From Candidatus Micrarchaeota archaeon (GTDB lineage Archaea > Micrarchaeota > Micrarchaeia > Anstonellales > JAGGVH01), in assembly GCA_021158105.1 (NCBI GenBank), contig JAGGVH010000016.1, forward strand, positions 1 to 49,023: a stretch of 49,023 bases of DNA, written 5' to 3'. The translations under genes and the position numbers were made by a program. Shown piece by piece: positions 37,819 to 47,850 of the stretch. The stretch's first letter is position 1, and each line of letters begins with the position of its first letter. The notes beneath the pieces were generated by a model that searched no databases, was not told the origin of the DNA, and worked only from the letters and a program-made list of their open reading frames with translations.

Positions 37819-38448
37819 ATGAAGGAATACTGGCCAGAGCACGTTACACAAAAAAGTTGGGAAAGATTAACAAGATTAACAAAAGAGTTTGATTTTATAC
37901 TGATAGGTGGCTGGGCAGTTTATCTATACACTGGATTGCACAAATCAAAAGACATTGACATTCTCATCAATCTTGAGACATTATACTCTTTAAAAAGCAT
38001 GTATGACTTAAAGAAAAATGAACATCTTAAAAAATATGAGATTGAAGACAATGAGTTTGACATTGACATCTATGTCCCACATTTCTCACAACTTGCAATA
38101 CCTGTTGAAGATATCATTAACATGGACAACCCGATAATCAAAGGAATAAAGACTGTAACACCTGAGGTATTATTGACCTTAAAACAATCTGCATTTATTG
38201 ACCGCCACAGCTCAGTAAAAGGCGGTAAGGATGCTATTGACATAATAACACTGTTGATGTATACTGATGTTGACTTTGAAAGATATATCACTCTTCTTAA
38301 CAAATACAAACATAAAAATTATCTTAACAATCTGTTGCAAATCATACAATCTTTTAATGATATTGAATACACTGGAATGGACTTTATAAAATATAACCAT
38401 TGGAAGAAAGATATAATTAAAAAGATAAAAGCAAGCAAATCACTTTGA
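37819..38448 (+). CDS. Nucleotidyltransferase, AbiEii-like (putative type IV TA toxin)
   Basis: LIGGWAV..SKDID, DIDI, LLTLK, KDAID motifs of the pol-beta superfamily. Confidence 0.75.
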   Translation: MKEYWPEHVTQKSWERLTRLTKEFDFILIGGWAVYLYTGLHKSKDIDILINLETLYSLKSMYDLKKNEHLKKYEIEDNEFDIDIYVPHFSQLAIPVEDIINMDNPIIKGIKTVTPEVLLTLKQSAFIDRHSSVKGGKDAIDIITLLMYTDVDFERYITLLNKYKHKNYLNNLLQIIQSFNDIEYTGMDFIKYNHWKKDIIKKIKASKSL

Positions 38449-38472
38449 ACAGCCTGCAACCAAAAATGATTA

Positions 38473-41037
38473 CTATTTATACCTTAAAAACGCCCCTATC
38501 CCAAAAAACATATTCTTAAACTGTGCACCTTCAGTAGTATTAGTAGAAATAAAATGATATTCAATGTTATGCCTATTAGCAAGATTAACAAGGTAATCAA
38601 TCAAAGGCATAGTTTCACTGTTAGGTTTAACTTTATCACCGGGCTTGATTATCCTGACATCCTCTTCACCATCATCGCCCTTAACAATCTCAACTGTATA
38701 ATCCAAATCTTCTGATATCAAAACAGAATCGGCTTTATAACTCTTTATCGCATCAATCACAGGCTTGAGACCATAAACTGCAAGCCCGCCGGTTACTGCA
38801 TCACCAATGAACCGCGACACCATCTTACGCTCCTGCATAGCCTCTTGTTCCATTATTATATCTTCACCTTTTCGTATGATTTCATTAATCCCTGCCTCAT
38901 CAGTATACCCAACATCTATAAGAGGTTTTAAAACCTTTATTTGATAATTAAACGGTTTCATCTTAATAAAATTCTCCTTGGCAGGACCGGGCCCGCCGAT
39001 CAAAACACCTTTAACCTGGTTTGGCATAAAATATCTATCCATGTACTCCCCTATCCGCTTATAATAATTTTCAATCTCCTCAGTAATCAAACGTTGATAT
39101 CGTGCTGCACTGTTATGAACAACAAAACTGTTTGCTATAAAATTTTTATATTCAGGAATAGTCAAATCATAAACTTCTTTTTCTATTCCTAACTTATCAA
39201 TGCTCGCTACTACTGCAGGAATAAGATCTGATGAAACTAAAACAGACATCTCATCCACAATTTCTTTATATCTCTTATAATTTGAGTCGCCCTTAAATGC
39301 TGATAACTGCTTTCTGAACACTGGCAAAACCTTTGCCTTAAACCTTTTACTGCCAATGCCCCTCTTTCCACTGAAAAACATGTTTAACCCGTCAAAATCC
39401 CTTGTTTTCATACCCATCTTATGTGCCTGTTTTAAAACATACCTGCCGTCCACTGGAACCTGCCTGATAACTTGTGTTACAGTTTCAGCTTTACATATCT
39501 TTTTACATCTTTCTTGTTTTGAAGACAAACTAAAACCTATTTCATTAGTAAAAATCTTAACAGATTCTAAATCAGATATGATCAACCCCCACTGCCTCTT
39601 TTTCTGGTTTTTATCAGTATGTTTCTCATAAACAGTTGATATGATCCCAAAACGTAATAACAACATTTGCAACTTTCGTATCAATTTTTCGGTAGTCATA
39701 GCAATTTCTATTTTTGTGTTTGCAATATATCCTTCCGCATCAAATAAACCCCTTATAAAAGCACTACAAACATTATTATCAGATTTCATTACAATCTCGG
39801 GTATATCTCTATTATCACTCTTTTCAAATACTGTTTTACTTATCTGTTTCAACATCCGTCCAAAATTCCTACCATAAACCCTTAATTCAAGATATGTCTT
39901 TTTTGCAAAGCTTCCTTTTTGTTTAGTCTTGTCGACCGTTCTTACTTTCGTATCGACTCCAAAAGTTTTTGAGATAAGTTTTGAATATAAGTCAACCAAT
40001 TCCTTTTTTGATTCATACAAAACCACTTTATCCCCATCAAAAGAACCATCACCTGTGAGATAACCTATAACCTGTGCGACATCACTGTTAAAATATCTAG
40101 GAAATTTGGGCAGTTTTGCTCCTTGTCTTCGCACCAGGCCAATCTTCAATGGAACCTCAACACCTTTGTGTGGTATGCATCTTACAGACAAAACCTTATC
40201 GCCTTTTTTAAGGTCTTTTGCCAACCTTTCCCCAATCCCATTCTCAGTGATTACAAAGAATCTATGTCCAGCAGTCGCCCTTATCTCCATTGTAGGATAT
40301 TTTGTTTTTATCAAGAATATTGACCTGTTCAAATTTTTAGTAACTACGGGGCAGATATAATCTTTAACTGAATAATCCTTAAAACTTGAAACTTTAAGAT
40401 AATCGTTCGGAAGAAGGTTTTTTATCTCAGTTATCACACCATCAGACTTTTGCACCAGCGTACCAGGATGCAAACATTGCCCACCGACGTGCACTTTAGC
40501 ATGTGCTGTTGAATTGACCTCTTTAAGCTTTTCAACTTCAGTACCTTTCAAGTAGGCCAGTGTAGCCTGCCTACCGTCCATCGCCAAAATTCCATAAACG
40601 TCAGTGTGTGATATCATACGTTCTAAAGGTTCAAGAAAGAATTTTGAATCACACCTATAAATCTGAACAGATAACGGTACCGGCGGCAGGATCGAAAACA
40701 GTTTAATGTCAACTTTTGCAGGGTTATCTGACACATTACCACAGAACACTGCAATACCGTTTTCAGGTGTCCGTCCAAGATTTTTAAGAAAACCTATAAC
40801 TTTCTCAAGTGCATCGCCCACATTAGTCCGTGTAGTCTTAGATTTAATATTGGTTGACTGGCTCCGCTCACTCCTTAATTTATTTGTTACTTCATGAAGT
40901 TGATACCCTGCAGGTATATAAACCGATATGAGCTGTGTACCACTACCCTTAAGTTTTCTTAAATAATCCAATTTACGTTTCAATTCAAACTTCTGATCCT
41001 TTGTAATGACCACTGGAACATCATCTGAAGCTGCCAT
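38473..41037 (-). CDS. prf1: Peptide chain release factor aRF1, intein-containing (about 399-aa extein)
   Basis: GTQLISVYIP, NIKS, YRCDSKF, GGQ|intein|SAARY, GGPGPAK, T.EG.QF..FGIGAFLRY. Confidence 0.96.
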   Translation of the reverse strand: MAASDDVPVVITKDQKFELKRKLDYLRKLKGSGTQLISVYIPAGYQLHEVTNKLRSERSQSTNIKSKTTRTNVGDALEKVIGFLKNLGRTPENGIAVFCGNVSDNPAKVDIKLFSILPPVPLSVQIYRCDSKFFLEPLERMISHTDVYGILAMDGRQATLAYLKGTEVEKLKEVNSTAHAKVHVGGQCLHPGTLVQKSDGVITEIKNLLPNDYLKVSSFKDYSVKDYICPVVTKNLNRSIFLIKTKYPTMEIRATAGHRFFVITENGIGERLAKDLKKGDKVLSVRCIPHKGVEVPLKIGLVRRQGAKLPKFPRYFNSDVAQVIGYLTGDGSFDGDKVVLYESKKELVDLYSKLISKTFGVDTKVRTVDKTKQKGSFAKKTYLELRVYGRNFGRMLKQISKTVFEKSDNRDIPEIVMKSDNNVCSAFIRGLFDAEGYIANTKIEIAMTTEKLIRKLQMLLLRFGIISTVYEKHTDKNQKKRQWGLIISDLESVKIFTNEIGFSLSSKQERCKKICKAETVTQVIRQVPVDGRYVLKQAHKMGMKTRDFDGLNMFFSGKRGIGSKRFKAKVLPVFRKQLSAFKGDSNYKRYKEIVDEMSVLVSSDLIPAVVASIDKLGIEKEVYDLTIPEYKNFIANSFVVHNSAARYQRLITEEIENYYKRIGEYMDRYFMPNQVKGVLIGGPGPAKENFIKMKPFNYQIKVLKPLIDVGYTDEAGINEIIRKGEDIIMEQEAMQERKMVSRFIGDAVTGGLAVYGLKPVIDAIKSYKADSVLISEDLDYTVEIVKGDDGEEDVRIIKPGDKVKPNSETMPLIDYLVNLANRHNIEYHFISTNTTEGAQFKNMFFGIGAFLRYK
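39112..40476 (-). mobile_element. Intein (455 aa) with LAGLIDADG homing endonuclease, in aRF1
   Basis: Block A CLHPGT, block B ATAGHRF, LAGLIDADG motifs IGYLTGDGS and FIRGLFDAEG, block F VYDLTI, block G NFIAN..VVHN followed by Ser. Confidence 0.96.
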
Positions 41038-41194
41038 AATATAAGTTTAATTCAATATTTTTATAAACCGTGCAGGCATACATAGAAATATACAGACCAC
41101 TCAAACAAATTTCATAATGTTTATAAAACTTCGTATATAAAAGAAACCTATTCTTCTTATAGAAGTGTGATATTGATTTAAAGAGGTGTATTTG

Positions 41195-43384
41195 ATGGCA
41201 AAGAAAGAAAACATTGTTGAAATGGTTGAAAGATTGATGGGCAACCGGGAAAACATCAGAAACATTGCTATTGTTGCACACGTTGACCATGGCAAGACAA
41301 CACTGTCAGATTCATTAGTCGCACGAGCAGGACTAATGTCTAAGGAATTGGCAGGTGAACAAAGAGTTTTGGACTATGACGAACAAGAACAAGCAAGGGG
41401 AATAACTATTAAATCAGCAAACATTTCTCTTGCATTTCCATATCAGGGCAAAGATTATTTAATAAATCTGATTGACACGCCAGGGCATGTCGACTTTGGA
41501 GGCCATGTCACAAGAGCAATGCGCGCCGTTGACGGAGTCATAGTGGTCATAGATGCAGTTGAAGGTGTAATGCCCCAGACTGAAACAGTGCTACGGCAGG
41601 CTATAAAAGAACGTGCCAAGCCTGTCATTTTCATTAACAAGGTTGACCGTTTGATAAGTGAAATGAGGCTCACACCCGAAGATATGCAGAAACGGTTAAT
41701 AAAAATAGTATTACAAGTCAACAAACTGATAGGACAGTATGCACCAAAAGAATTCAAAGATGCATGGAAGGTTTCTGTTGAAAACGGAACGATATCATTC
41801 GGTTCAGCATTTCACAAGTGGGCAGTGTCGGCAAATTCAATGAAACGCACAGGGTTAGGTTTCAAAGACATAATAGAACTTACACAATCTGAAAGAGTAA
41901 AAGAATTGCAAGAAAAAACACCTGTCGACGAAATCATACTAGAAATGGCTATCCATCATCTGCCCAACCCGCTCACTGCACAGAAATACAGAATACCACA
42001 CCTGTGGAAAGGTGACATTGAATCACAGAACGGTAAGGATATGATTGAATGCAACCCGGACGGTAAACCGATAGGTGTTTGTTTTGGCGTGATGAACGAT
42101 CCACATGCAGGTGAAGTTGCACTTGTCAGGTTATTCTCAGGCACTGTAAAAAAAGGTGACCAGTTATACTTAGCATCAACGATGAGTTATGAGAAGATTC
42201 AACAGTTAGGGATATACATGGGCAAAGAAAGAGTAGTATGCAACGAATTAACGGCGGGCAACATTGCGGGCATTGTCGGACTGAAAGATGTGTACGTAGG
42301 AGAAACAATATCATCAGAACCTGTTGAACCGTTTGAAGAAATCAAACATTACTCAGAACCTGTGATAACCAAATCAATTGAAGCCAAGAACAGCAAAGAC
42401 TTGTCAAAACTTATCCAGGCGCTTCGTGCAATCTCAAAAGAAGACCCAACAATCAGGGTCAAGATCAACCAAGAAACAGGTGAACATTTGATTTCAGGCA
42501 TGGGAGAACTTCACTTAGAAATCATTGAATATAAACTTAAGAACGAAAAAAAGATTGACATCGTGACTTCTCCGCCGATTGTTGTTTACAGGGAAACGAT
42601 TCACAAAAAAGGGCCTGAAGTAGAAGGCAAATCGCCGAACAAGCATACTAAACTATTATTCTCCGTTGAACCATTAGAACCAGAATTTATCAAGGCAATC
42701 GATGAGGGCAAAGTTAGCGAGGGCAAGGCAAAAGGCAAAGCTTCAATCGAAGAATACATTGCAGGCGGTTTACAGAGGGATGAGGCAAAGAGAACCATTG
42801 AAGTCTTCAATAAGAACGTTCTGATTGATGCTACAAGGGGCGTACAATACTTAAACGAAATCATGGAACTTGTAAGGCAAGGGTTTGAAGAGGCAATGAG
42901 CAAGGGACCATTGGCACAGGAAAAAGTTGTCGGTGTCAAGGTCAAGATATTAGACGGTACAATTCACGAAGACCCAGTCCACCGCGGTCCTGCACAGATA
43001 TTGCCGACTGTTAGAAATCCGATCTATTCATCATTATTACAAGCAGGAGTAATAATACAGGAACCTAAGCAGAAAGTATTAATTCAGGTCCCACAGGAAT
43101 TCTCAGGTGCGGTTATTAATTTAGTAAACGGCAAGAGGGGGCAATTACTCAACATGGAGCAGGAAGGTGAAGTTGCAACATTGCATTTCAAAATACCTGT
43201 TGCAGAAATGTTTGGTTTTTCAAGTGACCTGAGAAGTACAACACAGGGCAAAGCTATATGGTATCAGGAATATGCAGGATATGAAGACATACCACGCGAC
43301 TTACAAAAGAACATTGTCCATCAAATCAGAAAGAGGAAAGGATTAAAACCTGAACCACCAGAACCCAAAGATTTTGTAAGTTAA
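41195..43384 (+). CDS. fusA: Translation elongation factor aEF-2
   Basis: AHVDHGKTT, RGITI, DTPGH, NKVD, GMGELHLE, diphthamide loop HEDPVHRGPAQ; GAGGTG RBS. Confidence 0.98.
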   Translation: MAKKENIVEMVERLMGNRENIRNIAIVAHVDHGKTTLSDSLVARAGLMSKELAGEQRVLDYDEQEQARGITIKSANISLAFPYQGKDYLINLIDTPGHVDFGGHVTRAMRAVDGVIVVIDAVEGVMPQTETVLRQAIKERAKPVIFINKVDRLISEMRLTPEDMQKRLIKIVLQVNKLIGQYAPKEFKDAWKVSVENGTISFGSAFHKWAVSANSMKRTGLGFKDIIELTQSERVKELQEKTPVDEIILEMAIHHLPNPLTAQKYRIPHLWKGDIESQNGKDMIECNPDGKPIGVCFGVMNDPHAGEVALVRLFSGTVKKGDQLYLASTMSYEKIQQLGIYMGKERVVCNELTAGNIAGIVGLKDVYVGETISSEPVEPFEEIKHYSEPVITKSIEAKNSKDLSKLIQALRAISKEDPTIRVKINQETGEHLISGMGELHLEIIEYKLKNEKKIDIVTSPPIVVYRETIHKKGPEVEGKSPNKHTKLLFSVEPLEPEFIKAIDEGKVSEGKAKGKASIEEYIAGGLQRDEAKRTIEVFNKNVLIDATRGVQYLNEIMELVRQGFEEAMSKGPLAQEKVVGVKVKILDGTIHEDPVHRGPAQILPTVRNPIYSSLLQAGVIIQEPKQKVLIQVPQEFSGAVINLVNGKRGQLLNMEQEGEVATLHFKIPVAEMFGFSSDLRSTTQGKAIWYQEYAGYEDIPRDLQKNIVHQIRKRKGLKPEPPEPKDFVS

Positions 43385-43405
43385 ACCAAACCATAATTTT
43401 ATTTT

Positions 43406-44095
43406 TTAACTTTGGAATTCTTCCTCAATCTCAGGTTTAGGTGGCGAACGATAAAATATCATCTTAACCCCGGCCTTTAGTATCAGATATAACATTATCA
43501 ATACTGTGATAAGCAAAATCGTCCTGTAAACATCATACGATTCTGATACAACAGTTATCTCACCATCATCATCTGCAACTGATATCAGGTCAAACGTTGC
43601 AACATTATCTTTAAACGATTTGGCATACTGTGCAGACGATATACTATACGGAAAAATGATTTTATAGATAAATGTTGCATTCTTAAGCTTAAGGTCTCTT
43701 ATAAAGTTAGATGACGAACTAATCTGTGACCCCCCTGGTATGACTGGATAAATCTGCGGCAACGTATTAACAATAACTGTTGACTTTCTAAGTATGAGCC
43801 AGTCAAAACCATTAGTATAATTATAAAACCTGCCGTTCTGGAAATCTCGTTCATAAACAACAGTCATCCCATCAACATAGCATTGGTTCTTGCATGAATC
43901 ATTAAGCTGTTTGATAAATTCCTCTTTAGTAATAGAACTATTGTCATACAAACTAGAATAATCTATAAACAGTTTGACATGTGACGACCCGTCAACATTG
44001 ATTTCCTGTTGTAAAGTATAGTCAACTGCAAAAATTAATGAACTGGACAATGATAACAAAAACAATATTAATAACACTCTTATCATGCCCATCAC
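43406..44095 (-). CDS. Secreted protein with C-terminal membrane anchor
   Basis: N-terminal signal peptide (LIFA|V), C-terminal TM segment. Confidence 0.7.
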   Translation of the reverse strand: MMGMIRVLLILFLLSLSSSLIFAVDYTLQQEINVDGSSHVKLFIDYSSLYDNSSITKEEFIKQLNDSCKNQCYVDGMTVVYERDFQNGRFYNYTNGFDWLILRKSTVIVNTLPQIYPVIPGGSQISSSSNFIRDLKLKNATFIYKIIFPYSISSAQYAKSFKDNVATFDLISVADDDGEITVVSESYDVYRTILLITVLIMLYLILKAGVKMIFYRSPPKPEIEEEFQS

Positions 44096-44118
44096 ATCAC
44101 CACAAATTTCAATATATG

Positions 44119-45048
44119 TTAATATTTATAAACATTTGTGTATCTTGATGACTGGCTCCTTGCAACTTCTAAAAGTTTAAGCAGCACGATTAGTGATGCG
44201 ACCCCTACAATGATTTCCTTAGCATAAATGTTCTGGAATGCAACTGCTAAATAATTGAAGATGCTATGGAATATGATTGCAGCAATCAACCCATTCCTCG
44301 GCGATGAAAACAACTTCTTCTCAAACCCCAGTATGGTCATCATGACAAACAACCCGTGCGCTGTAGCAGTTATGTATGTCCTGTTAAGTATGATGCTGAC
44401 CCACGCACCCACACCGAGAGACAACGGACTTGCGATGACTGAGAAATAGATCAAGTTCTCAATAAAACTAAACCCTGCACCGATCGCAAACGCGGTGGTT
44501 ATTATTGATGGATAACCTTTAATCAACAACCCCTTGTTTTTGAATAATAAAACTGATAAATATTTTAACACCTCTTCAACCACTGGAGTGATTATTATCA
44601 CCATCAGAAAGTTTAATGGTAACAATACATATATACTCTGGTTGACAAGAAATGATAATATGCATGCCATTGCACCAATAGTTACCAGTTTGCCCACTCC
44701 CCTGAATATGTCATTGTTCATAAAAGCAAAGATTAATGATGAAAACAATAACGTAAAAACAGGAAACAGTGATGACAACAGTGAGATGATAAAAAGTTTA
44801 ATCCACATGTCATTAACACCTGGCAAAGTCATTAAATAATACGCCACACCAAATACCACAATTAAAATAGATAAAAGGCCCACCCATCTAAAATCCTTAA
44901 ACGGGCGGTTAACTTTAAACTTATCTTTAAGGACAAGTTTTACAATGGTTATGGTTGTCAGTAGATAAAAGAATATCAGCATGACCATTTCAATGAACGC
45001 CAACACCTGATCAATGTCCTGCCCGATGTTTCCAGCCTGGTTATACAT
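44119..45048 (-). CDS. PrsW-family intramembrane protease
   Basis: PVVEEVLK, GAGFSFIEN..Y, AHG, FHSIFN. Confidence 0.88.
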   Translation of the reverse strand: MYNQAGNIGQDIDQVLAFIEMVMLIFFYLLTTITIVKLVLKDKFKVNRPFKDFRWVGLLSILIVVFGVAYYLMTLPGVNDMWIKLFIISLLSSLFPVFTLLFSSLIFAFMNNDIFRGVGKLVTIGAMACILSFLVNQSIYVLLPLNFLMVIIITPVVEEVLKYLSVLLFKNKGLLIKGYPSIITTAFAIGAGFSFIENLIYFSVIASPLSLGVGAWVSIILNRTYITATAHGLFVMMTILGFEKKLFSSPRNGLIAAIIFHSIFNYLAVAFQNIYAKEIIVGVASLIVLLKLLEVARSQSSRYTNVYKY

Positions 45049-45059
45049 TGCAACACCTT

Positions 45060-45434
45060 CTATTTCCATACATAATATCTAACCTTTTTAAAAGGAAACC
45101 CTGGCACCCTGCGCGTGATTGAGACGACATTCGTACCCTTATGATAATGTGATGATGGGCAAGTGTTATACAGTTCAATGCCCTCGCCGTCATACTCTGC
45201 ACTGATACAATATCCACTGTCTTTTGTTAAACTGCTCATCACATCTTTTGCATCCTCAGTAACATCATAACTCCCTGTAACTTTATAAATCGTCTCAGCA
45301 AAATCGTTCGCAATCTGATACTCATACAACGTCGTATCAACTTTATAGGTGTTGGCAGTCAAAAGCAAAAAGCCTATCAACACAGACGCAAACATTAAAG
45401 AAAACACACTTTCCCAACTCATCATCCTAACCAC
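45060..45434 (-). CDS. Pilin-like protein (atypical class III signal)
   Basis: R|MMSWE followed by a hydrophobic helix; lies in the pilin cluster. Confidence 0.55.
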   Translation of the reverse strand: MVRMMSWESVFSLMFASVLIGFLLLTANTYKVDTTLYEYQIANDFAETIYKVTGSYDVTEDAKDVMSSLTKDSGYCISAEYDGEGIELYNTCPSSHYHKGTNVVSITRRVPGFPFKKVRYYVWK

Positions 45435-45447
45435 TCACACATGGACA

Positions 45448-45897
45448 TTAATCATCCACACACACTATCAACTTGGCAATAGACCTATTCATCACGCCAT
45501 ACCGCGTAATACACACCCTGTCATCATCAAAATCAAGATCGCACTGGATGTCACCGAGTTTGCCAGAACATAATGTAACATTTTTGTATTTCAACTTTGA
45601 AATCACTTTATCATACTCATTCTTATCCAATATCTTATGATCATTAAAACTACAATCATCATATGACCCAAACTTTATCAGATGGTCTGCAATTTCCAAT
45701 GCCCAGTTGTATTTTGAAACTGTCTTCATCCTAACCTCTGTCCTGTATGTAACATTAACCAATACAGTTATACATAAATAAAGTATCATTACAATGCCAA
45801 GCATGAAAATCATTAGATCAAACGAAATCATGCCGACCATACCTTTCAAACTTTGCTTTTTATTATTACCACGGCTCACGCTCTCCACCTTGCCCAT
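45448..45897 (-). CDS. Pilin-like protein (class III-type signal; start uncertain)
   Basis: KG..G|MISFDLMIFMLGIVMIL; later A..IADHL motif. Confidence 0.6.
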   Translation of the reverse strand: MGKVESVSRGNNKKQSLKGMVGMISFDLMIFMLGIVMILYLCITVLVNVTYRTEVRMKTVSKYNWALEIADHLIKFGSYDDCSFNDHKILDKNEYDKVISKLKYKNVTLCSGKLGDIQCDLDFDDDRVCITRYGVMNRSIAKLIVCVDD

Positions 45898-46237
45898 TAT
45901 CATACAACACCTTGGAATTAATAATCGGTACTGTAGCACTATTATACGAAACATTAGTAACAAGTTCGTTCCCAAACACTGGAGTCGTCCCCGGATACTT
46001 GTTTACTTTCTTGCCACCATAGTACAAATCAGAATATTTGGCCTTGAAATCATAATGTTCTGACAGGTAAACACTGTCATACCATGCATACATTGCATCC
46101 CTTGTGCGGTTTGCTGAATGAACGATGTTGCTCAACATGTCGTGCGACGCTGACAATATCATCAGTATTATGGTTAGCGCAACAAACGTAGCATACAACA
46201 TTTCAAGGGACAGTTGGCCTCTCGTCATATCTCCCAT
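45866..46237 (-). CDS. Class III signal peptide pilin-like protein
   Basis: RG|QLSLEMLYATFVALTIIL. Confidence 0.75.
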   Translation of the reverse strand: MGDMTRGQLSLEMLYATFVALTIILMILSASHDMLSNIVHSANRTRDAMYAWYDSVYLSEHYDFKAKYSDLYYGGKKVNKYPGTTPVFGNELVTNVSYNSATVPIINSKVLYDNGQGGEREPW

Positions 46238-46255
46238 TTACCCACCAATTTGCTA

Positions 46256-47293
46256 TTACTTTGTATACAAAGATATTATATCATTCACACTCAAAAGTCT
46301 GCCTACCACTGTGGAATTATCATCATTTCCAAACTCATGAAACACTTGGTCCCATGTAACATCACCATTACTGCCTATAACCTTTGAAAATGTAAACTCC
46401 TTGTTTACTGGAACATAACCCCCACTCATTGAACCCGTTTTTTTATCATACACAATAACACCAAACGGTTTGTCAAACGTTACGTTCGCAGAATATACTG
46501 TACTTTCGTCAGGACTGGTTTCCAATAACGGCTTATTATACCCTTCCCCAGAGAGTGATTTAATATTAATGTTGCTATCACACGACGACGTCCATGTGAG
46601 TTTTCTAAAATCAAACCCAGTCAATATAAACGGTTTACAATCTCTAATATTGACAGCATTGTAAACTGTATCAAAGTTTACATTGCCACTTAACATACTG
46701 CGCATTGAACCTAATGATGACATACAACCTTTAAAATCATCAGAATCATTTGTGCACACATAAACAACTGTATAATCGTTATCACCCAACCGTGCAATCT
46801 CATCAGCAAACAACATTAATGTGACCCCGCGTTTTAGGTCAGGTTTTATGTCAGGAACTACTGAGTAATTCATGACTGCATGGTGGTCTTCATCAACAGT
46901 GCACATCGCATTCTCGCAAGGGTCAAAAGGCAAAGAATCTAACAATGGACAGACTGTCCCAGTTATAACACCAGACGTGCCGCCTGTTAACACGCCAAGC
47001 CCTGCCTGGACAGCAGGATCGCATGCACAGTCCTTAACACAATACGTCGTCCTTAAAACCCACATAATATACCCGACCCACATCCCCTGTTCAACTATAC
47101 TGCCAAGGTTATGCTTGGCATCGAGCGTTTCATAATACATCTTCTCAGACAACAATGCTCTTGAATACTCTTGGGCATGATACATTTGTGAATATGTATA
47201 AAGAGCAAGCATGACTGCTGATGAAAACACCATCACTAAGACAAAAGAAAGAAAACCTTTCCTGTTGGATAACATCCCTTTTATGTGCCCCAC
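46256..47293 (-). CDS. Large Cys-rich pilin-like/adhesin protein
   Basis: RKG|FLSFVLVMV signal; multiple cysteines. Confidence 0.65.
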   Translation of the reverse strand: MGHIKGMLSNRKGFLSFVLVMVFSSAVMLALYTYSQMYHAQEYSRALLSEKMYYETLDAKHNLGSIVEQGMWVGYIMWVLRTTYCVKDCACDPAVQAGLGVLTGGTSGVITGTVCPLLDSLPFDPCENAMCTVDEDHHAVMNYSVVPDIKPDLKRGVTLMLFADEIARLGDNDYTVVYVCTNDSDDFKGCMSSLGSMRSMLSGNVNFDTVYNAVNIRDCKPFILTGFDFRKLTWTSSCDSNINIKSLSGEGYNKPLLETSPDESTVYSANVTFDKPFGVIVYDKKTGSMSGGYVPVNKEFTFSKVIGSNGDVTWDQVFHEFGNDDNSTVVGRLLSVNDIISLYTK

Positions 47294-47376
47294 ACAACAA
47301 GATAACCAGAAAAGAGTTAAATATTTAACGCAAGAACTATGATTAAAAGCATCAAATCATAAAAATTATAAACCGT

Positions 47377-47850
47377 TTAATGCAATTGGATCTCCTTTGC
47401 AATATTATACTGGTTGAACGTTATAAATTTCACACCTTTCTTAGGTATGTTGGCATAATCAGTCTTATTCCTTATAGCCATAAGATATTTCTGGATAGTG
47501 TTATAATCCTTTGTCTTCTTAACAATAATGTCAAAATAACCTCCTTTCTGCACTAGATTGACAATCAACGGTTCAGTTATTGGAAGATTAAACTGTTTAC
47601 AAAATTTAAGAAAATCTCTTGCCATGATACCGCTCATTGCAATGGGCTTTCCCCCTTTCCTGATTTCTATGTCCAAGTAAATCAGTTTCATAAGGTCAAC
47701 ACTGGGGTCGCCATAAAACTGCAAATAACTTAATGTCTCCTTATTGCGTATTGGCCGGATAATAATTTCAATTTTTGATCCTTTTTTTATGGGCTCCATT
47801 ACATTTAACAACATAGAATTAAAATTTTCTATTGCCCCGTAATTATCCAT
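47377..47850 (-). CDS. Hypothetical protein
   Basis: 157-aa ORF overlapping the upstream stop codon. Confidence 0.65.
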   Translation of the reverse strand: MDNYGAIENFNSMLLNVMEPIKKGSKIEIIIRPIRNKETLSYLQFYGDPSVDLMKLIYLDIEIRKGGKPIAMSGIMARDFLKFCKQFNLPITEPLIVNLVQKGGYFDIIVKKTKDYNTIQKYLMAIRNKTDYANIPKKGVKFITFNQYNIAKEIQLH

